Below are positions 15,929 to 25,800 of a stretch of 64,000 nucleotides of DNA, piece after piece. The notes below the pieces were generated by a model. The model saw only the letters and a program-made list of their open reading frames with translations, did not search any database and was not told where the DNA came from. The stretch spans positions 10,136 through 74,135 of the forward strand of contig BTQL01000005.1 of NCBI GenBank assembly GCA_036985855.1. Reading direction: 5' to 3'. Position numbers and translations under genes: made by a program. The stretch is from Acidimicrobiia bacterium. GTDB lineage: Bacteria > Actinomycetota > Acidimicrobiia > Spongiisociales > UBA5794. The first letter of the stretch is position 1. The number at the start of each line of letters is the position of its first letter.

Positions 15929-18145
15929 ATGCGTGATCGTGACCAATCTGTTCTCAATGAGATCCTCCCGCCCGAAGAGCGGGCGATCGAGGCAGTGGTG
16001 GCCCGGTACCAGCGTGTCGCACCCGCTATCACACGCTTCGCTCGTTCGCTGTCGGGCAACGAGAAACTCCAGGTGAGGCTCGGAACCCAGGCGGCCGCCA
16101 CGGAGAGCACGATCATCCTGGATCCTGGTGTGTTTCAGGCGGCATATGCGCGATCTGCGCCAGTGACTCCATCGGAGGTTGCGCTCACTTCTGCCCTCCA
16201 CGAGGTGATCCATCTCATCGCAACCGACTTGGACGAGGAACGACCGATCCCCAAGGAGTGGCATGCCTTCGGGCCCGAGACCGACGATGCCGCGGAAGGC
16301 CCCGAAGCAGCCATGGTCCCCGTCGGGTTGTTCCAGCTCGGTGAGATGGAAGAGGACTTGATTCGGCCCGACCTCACCGAAGACGACATCGATTTCGACG
16401 GCGAGACTGGAGGTGACCCGGGTGCAGTGCCACTGCTCGAAGCACTCCACGCCATCGGAGGTCCCGCAGCCGAAGCGATGTTCCTGTCCATCGAGGATGC
16501 TCGACAGGAACACATGAACTTCGACGCATATCCCGGCGCAGGATCGGTGCTGCGCGACCTGTATCGCACCTCCGTAGGCCACGCCATGGCTCATGCCAGA
16601 CCACTCGGACAGTTCGCACTTGCCTGTTTCATGATCGTGGGGAGACACGAAGAACGAAACGAGATCCAGCGAAAGCTGACGCCTCACGTTGCTGTTGCCA
16701 TTGACGACGCCATGACGTTCCTCGGTCCGGTAGCCGAACTCGATGACCCATGGTCCGTTGGCACGGTCGCTCTTCAACTTCTCTCGGTCGCAAAAATGCA
16801 CAACCTCGTTCAGGAAGGCGCGGCATCCACTTCCCAGCAGGGCCGGAAGGCCGAGATGGAGGCAGACCAATCCGCGATCGCCGACACGGTGGATGCCGTG
16901 CGAATGGTTACCCCTTCTCTGGCAGACCGGGAGTCGTATGACCAGACACGCACGGCCGCGCAGTCGGTCTCAGCCCAGGACGGTCGGTTGGGTGAGTCCG
17001 AGACCGCAGGTGACCCTGCAACCGATCAATTGATGAAGGTGTCGACCGCACCAACGGTCTTCCTCCCAACGGGCCAGGGAGGGAAGCTGATGGTCGTGGA
17101 TCTCCCGGACCGCTTCATCGACTGGGCGCCCCAGGGGAGGGATATGTTGTTCAAGGCTTCAACAGACTGGGGTGTTACCCAACACCGTGTTTCAGGCGAG
17201 CTGTACCCGCTCTTCCTCGCGAATCAACGGCGGGGGCTCCGGTCCGGTTACGATGCCGGAGACCTCTCCCCCTATACGCCCCTGCTGCTCGGTGCAGGAC
17301 TCTACGAGCGGATGTTCGAACGTCGCGACCTGCCGAGCCGTCGCTCCTACGCGCTGAGCCTGCTCGTTGACGGTTCTGCTTCGATGCTCCAGCCCCGCGA
17401 AGCAGGAACACGGAAGTCGCCATGGGCAATGGCAGCTGCGCTGCTCGGCGCGTGGACCCTTGCGAAACTTGCAGACGAACTGCAGATCGATTTCGAGATA
17501 GCCATCTTCAACCGCTCGTTCGCCACAGACAGCAAGGACACCGAAGGCTCGTACCGCGAGAAACGGGCAAAAGCGACCGCTGGTCTTCGCCAGGCACAAG
17601 GCGGGAATGCGGAGCGACTCACCCGCACCGTCAACCACTATCTCGTCAAACGATTCAACCATCGCTGGCGGGCATCAGAGGATCTGCTTGCCGGACTTTT
17701 CTACGCCGCAGCTTCACCTCAGGACGCCGCAAAGGAGGCTCGACGGTCACCAGACGACGCTCCGCCGGTCTCCATGTTCGAGAAGGCCGCGAATGTCGAC
17801 GAGTTCAACCTTGCACACGCCGCAGAACGTCTGGCGGCGCAGCACGCGACGCATCGGATCCTCGTCGTTCTCGCCGATGGCATGACGCGCGGATCGGTGC
17901 AGACACTTGCCGAAACCGTGCAAAGCGTCGAGCACTCCGGAGCGACCGTGCTTGGGATCGGCATCGGAGATGACACCGTCCGCTCCGCGTACTCGAGAGC
18001 ACAGGTCGTCGAACAGCCACTTGATCTCGCGTCCGCGATGGTCTCGGGTGTCCGATCGACCCTGTACCGAACAATCGCGGCATCGGGTTCGGATGCGTGG
18101 TGGACCCACGTAGGCGGACGCGAGTTGCAAGATCTGACCAACTAG
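15929..18145 (+). CDS. CobT-like von Willebrand factor A (vWA) protein with N-terminal HExxH (zincin-like) motif
   Basis: Start at MRDRDQ, preceded by GGGGG. HEVIH lies at 16199..16213 and MIDAS DGSAS at 17369..17383. The later ANVDEFNL and VLADGMT segments resemble the CobT C-terminal vWA domain. Confidence 0.7.
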   Translation: MRDRDQSVLNEILPPEERAIEAVVARYQRVAPAITRFARSLSGNEKLQVRLGTQAAATESTIILDPGVFQAAYARSAPVTPSEVALTSALHEVIHLIATDLDEERPIPKEWHAFGPETDDAAEGPEAAMVPVGLFQLGEMEEDLIRPDLTEDDIDFDGETGGDPGAVPLLEALHAIGGPAAEAMFLSIEDARQEHMNFDAYPGAGSVLRDLYRTSVGHAMAHARPLGQFALACFMIVGRHEERNEIQRKLTPHVAVAIDDAMTFLGPVAELDDPWSVGTVALQLLSVAKMHNLVQEGAASTSQQGRKAEMEADQSAIADTVDAVRMVTPSLADRESYDQTRTAAQSVSAQDGRLGESETAGDPATDQLMKVSTAPTVFLPTGQGGKLMVVDLPDRFIDWAPQGRDMLFKASTDWGVTQHRVSGELYPLFLANQRRGLRSGYDAGDLSPYTPLLLGAGLYERMFERRDLPSRRSYALSLLVDGSASMLQPREAGTRKSPWAMAAALLGAWTLAKLADELQIDFEIAIFNRSFATDSKDTEGSYREKRAKATAGLRQAQGGNAERLTRTVNHYLVKRFNHRWRASEDLLAGLFYAAASPQDAAKEARRSPDDAPPVSMFEKAANVDEFNLAHAAERLAAQHATHRILVVLADGMTRGSVQTLAETVQSVEHSGATVLGIGIGDDTVRSAYSRAQVVEQPLDLASAMVSGVRSTLYRTIAASGSDAWWTHVGGRELQDLTN

Positions 18146-18153
18146 GAGCATCC

Positions 18154-19146
18154 ATGGCTGACACCATCACATTCATCGACCCGATCGGAGCCGGACCCGA
18201 CGTCGAGCTGCCGGCCACCGACATCCCGAAGAACGTAAAGGACAGGGATATCCGGCTGGATCACATACCGAAGGAGGACCCCTTCTACGTCGACCTCGGC
18301 ATGCAGTACAGACTCGCGCGCCTCGAGGAGGTGCGGAGGGCCCATTTCACGGAGAGCCCACTCCACCTTGCGCTTCGCGGCCACATGGGCACCGGCAAGG
18401 ACCACGACCTCGAGCAGTTCGCCGCGAGGCTCAAGACGCCGTACTACCGCATCCCTCTGACAGGTGAAGTGCGCGACATCACGCTCATCGGTTCGGTGAA
18501 GCTCCACGGGGACGGAATGGGCGGAACGGAGAGTCATTGGGAAGACGGCGATATCACGAGGGCGCTGCGTGGACCCGCAATCGTGAACCTATCTGAGTTG
18601 AACGCTGCAGGCGCCGAGACCCTCTTCGCGCTCCACGGACTCCTCGATCGCCACCGAGCGCTCGAACTCCCAACAGGTGAGATGGTCAGGCTCCGCGACG
18701 ACGTCCGTATCTTCGGAACGCTCAACCCCACCGACCTGCGCGACTACGCGGGCACCCAGACGCTCAACAAGGCGTTCGCAGATCGCTGGATCATCTGGGA
18801 AAAGACGTTCCCAGAGGCCGAAGAAATGCAATCGATGATTGCCAAACGACACCCGGGGATGGACCCAGAGATGAGCGAGCTACTGGCGAAGCTCGCTGTC
18901 GAGATCAACACATCGTTCACTGCAGGTGATGCGCGAACACGAGTCGAGACGCCGATGTCGTTGCGTACCGTGCTCGACCGCTATCCGGCAGGGCTGAGGA
19001 TGTTTACCGCAGCGGAGGATCCGATGCGTGCGTCGTGGCAAGAGTTCGTTCTCCCCCACATCGATCCATTCGACCGCGACCACTACGAAACCGTGTGGTC
19101 TGCCGTAGTAAGGGTCGGACCATCCCGACCGCCGTTTTCTGACTGA
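18154..19146 (+). CDS. AAA+ ATPase, AAA_5 / CobS-MoxR-like
   Basis: Start at MADTITF, preceded by AGGAG. Walker A is GHMGTGKD (18379..18402). The Walker B-like segment is IVNLSE. It begins 8 nt after the vWA gene. Confidence 0.75.
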   Translation: MADTITFIDPIGAGPDVELPATDIPKNVKDRDIRLDHIPKEDPFYVDLGMQYRLARLEEVRRAHFTESPLHLALRGHMGTGKDHDLEQFAARLKTPYYRIPLTGEVRDITLIGSVKLHGDGMGGTESHWEDGDITRALRGPAIVNLSELNAAGAETLFALHGLLDRHRALELPTGEMVRLRDDVRIFGTLNPTDLRDYAGTQTLNKAFADRWIIWEKTFPEAEEMQSMIAKRHPGMDPEMSELLAKLAVEINTSFTAGDARTRVETPMSLRTVLDRYPAGLRMFTAAEDPMRASWQEFVLPHIDPFDRDHYETVWSAVVRVGPSRPPFSD

Positions 19147-19158
19147 TAGGGTTACTTC

Positions 19159-19644
19159 ATGCCATCGTTCGACATCGTTTCTCAGGTAGACATGCAAGAG
19201 GTCCGCAATGCCGTCGACCAGGCATCACGCGAAGTCGTAAACCGCTACGACTTCAAGGGAACCAACACAACCGTGAAGCTCTCGGATGAAGGAATCACCG
19301 TCGAGTCATCAGCCGATGGTCGACTCGATGCAGCCATCGACGTGCTCAAGGGCAAACTTGTGAAACGCAAGGTCTCTCTCAAGTCGATCGCAGGCGGAGA
19401 GCCGAAAGAGATCGGAGGGGGCCGCTACAAAGCGCTCTTCACTCTCAATCAGGGCATTGCCCAGGATGCGGCCAAGGAGCTGGTGAAGGACATCAAGGAC
19501 ATGAAACTCAAGGTGCAGGTACAGATCCAGGGCGACCAGCTGCGAATCTCAGGCAAGAAGCGCGATGACCTTCAGGAAGTCATCGCCGCGGTACGTGGCC
19601 TCGACTTTCGACTTCCCCTGCAGTACATCAATTTCAGGGACTGA
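19159..19644 (+). CDS. yajQ: YajQ-family nucleotide / cyclic-di-GMP-binding protein (UPF0234)
   Basis: 161 aa with the N-terminus MPSFDIVSQVDMQEVRNAVDQASREVVNRYDFKGT, characteristic of YajQ. Confidence 0.85.
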   Translation: MPSFDIVSQVDMQEVRNAVDQASREVVNRYDFKGTNTTVKLSDEGITVESSADGRLDAAIDVLKGKLVKRKVSLKSIAGGEPKEIGGGRYKALFTLNQGIAQDAAKELVKDIKDMKLKVQVQIQGDQLRISGKKRDDLQEVIAAVRGLDFRLPLQYINFRD

Positions 19645-19661
19645 TACGAGGCACTAGTTCT

Positions 19662-19937
19662 TTGGAACGATCCGGAATGCCTCTCCAGATGGGTTCCCAT
19701 GGTGCCGATGCCCTCCGCATGGAAACGAAAACAGACGAAGGTCTCACCGGAGCCACGGATCAGGAATTGGTCGATCTCTATACCACGCACGCCCCGCGTG
19801 CGATAGTCATCGAAATGACAGACAACCAGATCCATCATGCCTCCGCAGCCGCCTACGCCCTCGAATACCGGGGATACATCGAGCAGGCAGGGATCTGGCT
19901 CCACGACACCCGGCCCGCACTGCAAGCAACAGCCTGA
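19662..19937 (+). CDS. Hypothetical small protein (91 aa; start uncertain)
   Basis: It is the only ORF filling this gap. I recognise no motif. Confidence 0.3.
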   Translation: MERSGMPLQMGSHGADALRMETKTDEGLTGATDQELVDLYTTHAPRAIVIEMTDNQIHHASAAAYALEYRGYIEQAGIWLHDTRPALQATA

Positions 19938-19981
19938 CCGCGAGACGGTACGTTCCCATCGTTCTGTACGCGGGCTAGTTT

Positions 19982-21028
19982 GTGCCCATGCACTACCGCA
20001 TGAATGACCCGGAAACGGATGCACACATCGACCAACTCGTGGCCGATGTCGTTTCGGAGACCGAGGGACTCACCACGAATGCAGACCTCGTCCGTGAGAT
20101 CATCGTCTCTGCCCTCAAAGTCATCAAGGACGGCACAGACCGCGGAGACGTCAGGATGATGAACACCGCGATGAAGGAACTCCGCTACTCGTCGCTGGTG
20201 TTCCAGCCCTTCGGCGAGACGAGGAAGATCGCTGTCTACGGATCGGCCCGCACCGACCCGGAGGATCCGAATTACGCGATGGCTGAAGAACTTGGAAGGC
20301 GGATGGCCGAGGACCACGGCTACCTGGTGATAACCGGTGCCGGTCCTGGGATCATGGAGGCCGCGAACAAGGGAGCCGGTAAAGAGAACAGTTTCGGCGT
20401 CAACATTCGCTTGCCGTTCGAGAACGGGGCGAACGAGTACCTGGCGCCCGGCAAAGTGATCAATTTCAAGTACTTCTTCACTCGCAAGGTCCAGTTCGTC
20501 AAAGAGTCCGATGCCTTCGCCTTGCTGCCAGGTGGTTTCGGCACCCTGGATGAAGCGTTTGAGCTATTGACGCTCGTTCAGACGGGTAAGTCGGATCTCC
20601 ATCCGATCGTCATGGTGGAGGCTGAAGGCACCGGCTACTGGGACGCGTGGGAGATGATGTGTGACACCCTGGTCAGCCAGGGCATGATCTCACTGCCTGA
20701 TCTCAACCTGTACAAGATCACGACGGATGTCGACGAGGCGGTCGAAGAGATCGTCAGGTTCTACCGCGTGTACCACTCACAGCGATTCGTCGACGACCTT
20801 CTCGTTCTCAGGCTCACGAACAAGGTATCCGAGACACTGCTCGGGGAGCTCTCTGTCGAGTTCGCGGACATCATCCGATCCGGTCACATCGAGTCGATCC
20901 CGCCAACCCAGGCAGAGGTCGAGACGGATGATCACGTCGAGCTTCCCCGGATCGCCTTCGACTTCGACCGTCACGGATACGGCAGGCTGAGGGCCCTCAT
21001 AGACCGCCTCAACGACTTCGCCGAGTAG
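19982..21028 (+). CDS. LOG-family / TIGR00730 nucleotide 5'-monophosphate nucleosidase (PpnN-like, with terminal extensions)
   Basis: Motifs AVYGSAR, GAGPGIMEAANKGA and PGGFGTLDEAFE match the LOG lysine-decarboxylase-like fold. Confidence 0.75.
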   Translation: MPMHYRMNDPETDAHIDQLVADVVSETEGLTTNADLVREIIVSALKVIKDGTDRGDVRMMNTAMKELRYSSLVFQPFGETRKIAVYGSARTDPEDPNYAMAEELGRRMAEDHGYLVITGAGPGIMEAANKGAGKENSFGVNIRLPFENGANEYLAPGKVINFKYFFTRKVQFVKESDAFALLPGGFGTLDEAFELLTLVQTGKSDLHPIVMVEAEGTGYWDAWEMMCDTLVSQGMISLPDLNLYKITTDVDEAVEEIVRFYRVYHSQRFVDDLLVLRLTNKVSETLLGELSVEFADIIRSGHIESIPPTQAEVETDDHVELPRIAFDFDRHGYGRLRALIDRLNDFAE

Positions 21029-21073
21029 CCGATCGACACTCATCAGTACCCCTGACTGCAGTAGAATCCACCC

Positions 21074-21868
21074 ATGCGTGAGATCCTCTCAGACCTGGTA
21101 GCGGAGCAGCAGCATCTCGACCAGTTCCTACAAACCCTTCGCGATCGACAATGGGCCACAGCAACACCCGCAGAAGGCTGGACTATTCAGGATACGGTGA
21201 GTCACCTGGCGTACCTCGAGGGTTTCGCTGCAGAGATGCTCGTTGATGGTAAGGCGCGGGTTGACGCGGAGAACATCAGGGACCTCGACACATGGACCGA
21301 GATCGGTGTTTCCCAAGGTCGTGGACGCCGCCATCAAGAGATCATCGAGTGGTGGCGCTTCGGAAGGGCAGACGTTGTCGATGCTCTCTCACGCATGCTG
21401 CCGACAGAACGTGTTCCGTGGTTGTATGGAGACATGAGCGCTCGCTCGTTCGCAGGGATTCGTCTCATGGAGACCTGGGCGCACGGCCTCGACATCAAAG
21501 CCGCGATTCTCGGCCGCATCGCTCCCCTCGAAGAACCGCCTGCGCACCTCGACGAGGAAGAGGAGTGGGTTGACCCGATTGCGGATACGACGAGACTCCG
21601 TCACATCGCATCGCTCGGCCAACGATCATTGCCCTTTGCGTTCAAACAAGCCGGCAAAGATTTCCCTGAGTCGGGAATCCGGATCGAGGTCATGGGTCCT
21701 CTCTACGCGGCGTGGCGGTTCGGACCAGAAGACACAGACCAGGTGATCAAAGGCATGGCAGGCGACTGGTGCCGTCTCGTCGTTCAGCGCCAGGTTGCAG
21801 AGGACACCGGTCTCAAAGCCGTCGGTGAATACGCAGAGACGGCGCTCCAGATCGCCAGGGCCTACTGA
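21074..21868 (+). CDS. DinB/maleylpyruvate-isomerase-family (mycothiol-dependent type) metal-binding protein
   Basis: The N-terminal pattern W..ATPAEGWTIQDTVSHL is typical of the MDMPI_N / TIGR03083-84 group. Confidence 0.6.
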   Translation: MREILSDLVAEQQHLDQFLQTLRDRQWATATPAEGWTIQDTVSHLAYLEGFAAEMLVDGKARVDAENIRDLDTWTEIGVSQGRGRRHQEIIEWWRFGRADVVDALSRMLPTERVPWLYGDMSARSFAGIRLMETWAHGLDIKAAILGRIAPLEEPPAHLDEEEEWVDPIADTTRLRHIASLGQRSLPFAFKQAGKDFPESGIRIEVMGPLYAAWRFGPEDTDQVIKGMAGDWCRLVVQRQVAEDTGLKAVGEYAETALQIARAY

Positions 21869-21869
21869 A

Positions 21870-22652
21870 ATGTCGATCCCACAGCTTGTGGGAATGATCC
21901 ATCTCGCACCGCTCCCCGGATCTGCCGACTTCGATGGAGACTTCGATGCCGTCATCACCGCCGCAACGTCCGATGCCGAGCTGCTGGCCGAGGCGGGGTT
22001 CGACGGGATCATGATCGAGAACTTCCGAGACGCGCCGTTCTTTGCATCGGATGTACCCAAAGTAACGATCGCATCGGTCACGACGGCCGTGCATGCCGTG
22101 TACGAGGCATCGAGACTCCCCATCGGTGTGAACGTGCTGCGAAACGACGGATTGGGGGCGCTGTCAGTGGCCGCCGCCACTCCTGCATCTTTCGTCCGCA
22201 TCAACGTCCTCTCCGGAACCATGTTCACCGATCAGGGACCGATCGTCGGACAAGCTGCAGAGGTAGCGCGCCTACGATCACAGATCTGCCCCGAGGTCTC
22301 GATCATGGCGGACGTGTACGTCAAACATGCAACACCCCCGGCGGGACTCTCCCTGACCGATGCAACGAAGGATCTCGTCGAGCGCGCAGGTGCGGACGCC
22401 GTGATCGTGTCCGGTTCAGGTACGGGTTCCCCTGTCGATCTCGAGCAGCTCACTGTGGTTGCAGGGATCACACACCTTCCGGTGTACCTCGGCTCTGGTG
22501 CGACGGTCGACAACGTGGAAGCCATGTTCGGGATCGCAGATGGCGCCATCGTGGGCACATCGATCAAGGTCGACGGCGTCTCGACGAACCCTGTCGACCT
22601 CGAGGCGGCAGCGGCCTTCGTGCAAGCCGCACGCGAGCGGTTGTCGCGATAG
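21870..22652 (+). CDS. BtpA/SgcQ-family TIM-barrel protein
   Basis: Start at MSIPQLVGMIHLAPLPGS. The following GFDGIMIENFRDAPF segment matches the BtpA family pattern. Confidence 0.65.
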   Translation: MSIPQLVGMIHLAPLPGSADFDGDFDAVITAATSDAELLAEAGFDGIMIENFRDAPFFASDVPKVTIASVTTAVHAVYEASRLPIGVNVLRNDGLGALSVAAATPASFVRINVLSGTMFTDQGPIVGQAAEVARLRSQICPEVSIMADVYVKHATPPAGLSLTDATKDLVERAGADAVIVSGSGTGSPVDLEQLTVVAGITHLPVYLGSGATVDNVEAMFGIADGAIVGTSIKVDGVSTNPVDLEAAAAFVQAARERLSR

Positions 22653-22726
22653 TCGGTTGACCGCAAGAACGCATCGGACATCGAAGGTACGAGGCAGCTT
22701 CTTCTTCCCTTCACCCGGTTGCTCGT

Positions 22727-22750
22727 CTTACCCACAGATTCGTGGGTAAG
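22727..22750 (+). terminator. Intrinsic terminator candidate (CTTACCCAC-AGATTC-GTGGGTAAG followed by a T-rich run)
   Basis: Perfect 9-bp stem with a 6-nt loop, followed by TCGGTTTTGTCATTT. It lies 75 nt after the btpA-like stop. Confidence 0.6.
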
Positions 22751-22895
22751 TCGGTTTTGTCATTTCGATACGGTTCGACACCGGGTTGAGGGTCTTCCGC
22801 TGAGCCCATGGCGGCAAAGGGAAAGGACCACCCTCAAGTGATGGTCGAAGGTTCCGTAGGGATATTGTGTCCTCGTCGATCGGTAGCCTGTCACC

Positions 22896-25800
22896 GTGTC
22901 CGGACTCGAGCTTTTCACCCCAGCGACCGCCTCGTGGTTCAGCGCGGTATTCGATGAGCCCACCCCGGCCCAGACCCAAGGGTGGCAGTCGATCGTTTCA
23001 GGGAACCACACGCTCATCCACGCCCCTACCGGGTCGGGCAAGACGCTGGCTGCATTCCTCTGGGCACTGGACCGGCTTGCGACCGACCCCCAGCCACCGA
23101 ACCTGCAACGCTGCCGAATCCTCTACGTTTCTCCGCTCAAGGCTCTCGCGTACGACGTAGACCGAAACCTCAGAGCTCCTCTGACAGGGATAGCCGTCGA
23201 GGCCCGGAAGCTCGGTCTCGATCCTCCTTCGCTGTCCGTCGCGATGCGTACGGGGGATACGCCCCAATCCGAACGACAGGCGATGCTCCGCAATCCGCCG
23301 GACCTCCTCATCACCACCCCTGAGAGCCTCTATCTGATGCTCACGTCCCGCGCACGGGAGATCCTTGCCTCTGTGGACACCGTGATCATCGATGAGATCC
23401 ATGCTGTTGCGGGCACGAAGCGGGGCTCACACCTCGCACTCAGTCTCGAACGATTGAGCGTGTTGACCGAGTCGCCCCCGCAGCGGATCGGACTGTCCGC
23501 CACGCAACGCCCATTGGAGACGCTTGCACAGTTCCTTGGAGGCGGAGTCTCCCTTGATGACACCTGGGAACCACGACCGGTCACGATCGTGGATACGCCA
23601 GCGGACAAAATGCTCGACATCGAAATCGTGGTCCCTGTGTCGGACATGACCCGTCCCGAGACAGATGCGCCCGACCAGGATGACCCCCGGCGAAGATCGA
23701 TCTGGCCGGCCGTCTACCCCAGGCTGCTTCAGCTCCTCAACGACCACACTTCGACGATCTTCTTCGTCAACAGCCGCGGCCTCGCCGAGCGCCTTGCAGC
23801 TGAGCTGAATCGCCTCGCCGACAGCGAGGTCGTTCAGGCACACCACGGATCGGTGTCGAGAGAGAAACGCCTCGACATCGAAGATCGACTGAAGCGGGGC
23901 GAGCTCAAGGGTGTGGTGGCAACCGGCACGCTCGAGCTCGGCATCGACATGGCATCTGTCGATCTCGTGGTCCTCGTCGAATCTCCATCCTCGGTCGCTC
24001 GCGGGTTACAGCGTGTCGGCAGAGCAGGGCATCAGGTTGGCGCGCCATCCGTCGCCAAGGTATTTCCGAAACACCGGGGTGATCTGCTGGAGACGACGGT
24101 GGTCGTCGACCGAATGTACAGCGGTGACATCGAATCGACCTCGATTCCGCAGAACCCGATCGATGTTCTCGCTCAGCAGATCGTTGCGATGGCTGCAACG
24201 GGCGACCTCGACGTCGATGCGGCATTCGCTCTCGTAACAGGCGCATACCCGTTCAATCGGCTCACCAGGCAAACCTTCGAGTCGGTTCTCGACATGCTCT
24301 CGGGCCGCTACCCGTCAGACGACTTCGCTGAGCTTCGGCCTCGAATCGTTTGGGACCGCATGGCTGGAATCATCACTGCACGATCCAATGCCAAACTGCT
24401 CGCCGTCACGAACCCCGGCACGATCCCCGATCGCGGGCTCTATACGGTGCATCTGCCGGACGGCGGCCGGGTCGGCGAACTCGATGAGGAGATGGTGTAT
24501 GAATCGAGGCCCGGTGACACGTTCGTACTCGGATCAACGACCTGGCGCATCGATGAGATCACCCACGACCGGGTGATCGTGACTCCCTCACCGGGTGCTC
24601 CCTCTGCACGGATGCCTTTTTGGCACGGGGATGCTCCGGGGCGCCCGCTCGAACTCGGACGGGCCGTCGGAGCCTTCACACGCGAGATCGGAAGCCTCAC
24701 GACGAAAGAGGCCTCCTCGAGGCTTGTCGACAAGTACAGACTCGATCCATGGGCCGCAGACAACCTTGCTTCTTACCTCGCTGAGGAGAAGGCGGCGACC
24801 GGACACCTCCCTACCGACCGCACGATCGTCGTCCAACGTTTCAAGGACGAGATCGGCGACTGGCGGATCGTGCTGCTCTCCCCCTTCGGCGGTCGTGTAC
24901 ACGCGCCGTGGGCCTTGGCTGTGAGGAACCGCTTCCGGACCGAAACTGGTGTCCCCGTCGACACGATCTGGTCCGATGACGGAATCCTGTTTCGGTTCCC
25001 CGACGCCGACGCCCCGCCAGACACGAACCTCGTCTACGTCGATCCGAATGACGTTGAAGAGCTTCTCATCGCTGAGGTATCCGATTCCGCCCTTTTCACA
25101 TCCAAGTTCCGTGAGGCCGCTGCCCGTGCGTTGCTGTTACCCCGCAGACGTCCGGGTTCTCGGACCCCTCTGTGGCTTCAGCGAAGGAAGGCAGCGAACC
25201 TTCTCGAAGTGACCCGCAAATACGGTTCCTTCCCGATCATGCTTGAAACCTACAGGGAAGTGATGCAGGACTATTTCGATCTACCGGCGCTTCGAGAAGT
25301 CCTTGCCGACATCCAGAAGCGGACCACCCGAGTTGTCGATACGGACACGAATGGACCGTCACCGTTTGCCTCATCTCTGATGTTCGACTTCATCGCATCG
25401 TTCATGTACGAGTACGATGCGCCCATCGCCGAACGGAGAGCCGCGGCGCTGGCTCTCGACCGAAACCTGCTCGCCGATCTCCTCGGAGAACCCGAAATCC
25501 GTGACCTTCTCGATGCAGACGCGATCGCATCCGTCGAGGCGGACCTGCAGCACCTGTCCGACGACAGAAAGGTCCGATCTCGGGATGCCATGTCGGACAT
25601 GCTTCGCGACATCGGACCGCTCACGCTCGGCGAGGCTGCGGTGCGAACAGAGGTGCCCGATGATGCCGCTACCTGGCTCGGGGACCTCGCGCAGTCAGGA
25701 AGAGCGCTGCTGCTCTCGGTCAACGGCGTCGAGCGATTCATCGCCGTCGAAGACATTGCGCGGCTGAGGGACACCATCGGAGTCCAGCCACCACCCGGAA

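Noticed and set aside
15851-16870. 339-aa minus-strand ORF
   Set aside because: It is antisense to the vWA/HExxH gene, overlaps the arfB start, and has no recognisable motifs.
15929-19146. Annotating the vWA/AAA pair as cobaltochelatase CobT/CobS
   Set aside because: There is no cobN or cobalamin context in the window, and the vWA protein carries an HExxH head. The similarity is at family level only, so I kept generic calls.
22763-22778. LexA-box-like sequence TTTCGATACGGTTCGA upstream of lhr
   Set aside because: Only the right half-site (GTTCGA) matches. The left half is out of register with TCGAAC-N4-GTTCGA. I also could not find a convincing PafBC/RecA-NDp-type motif.
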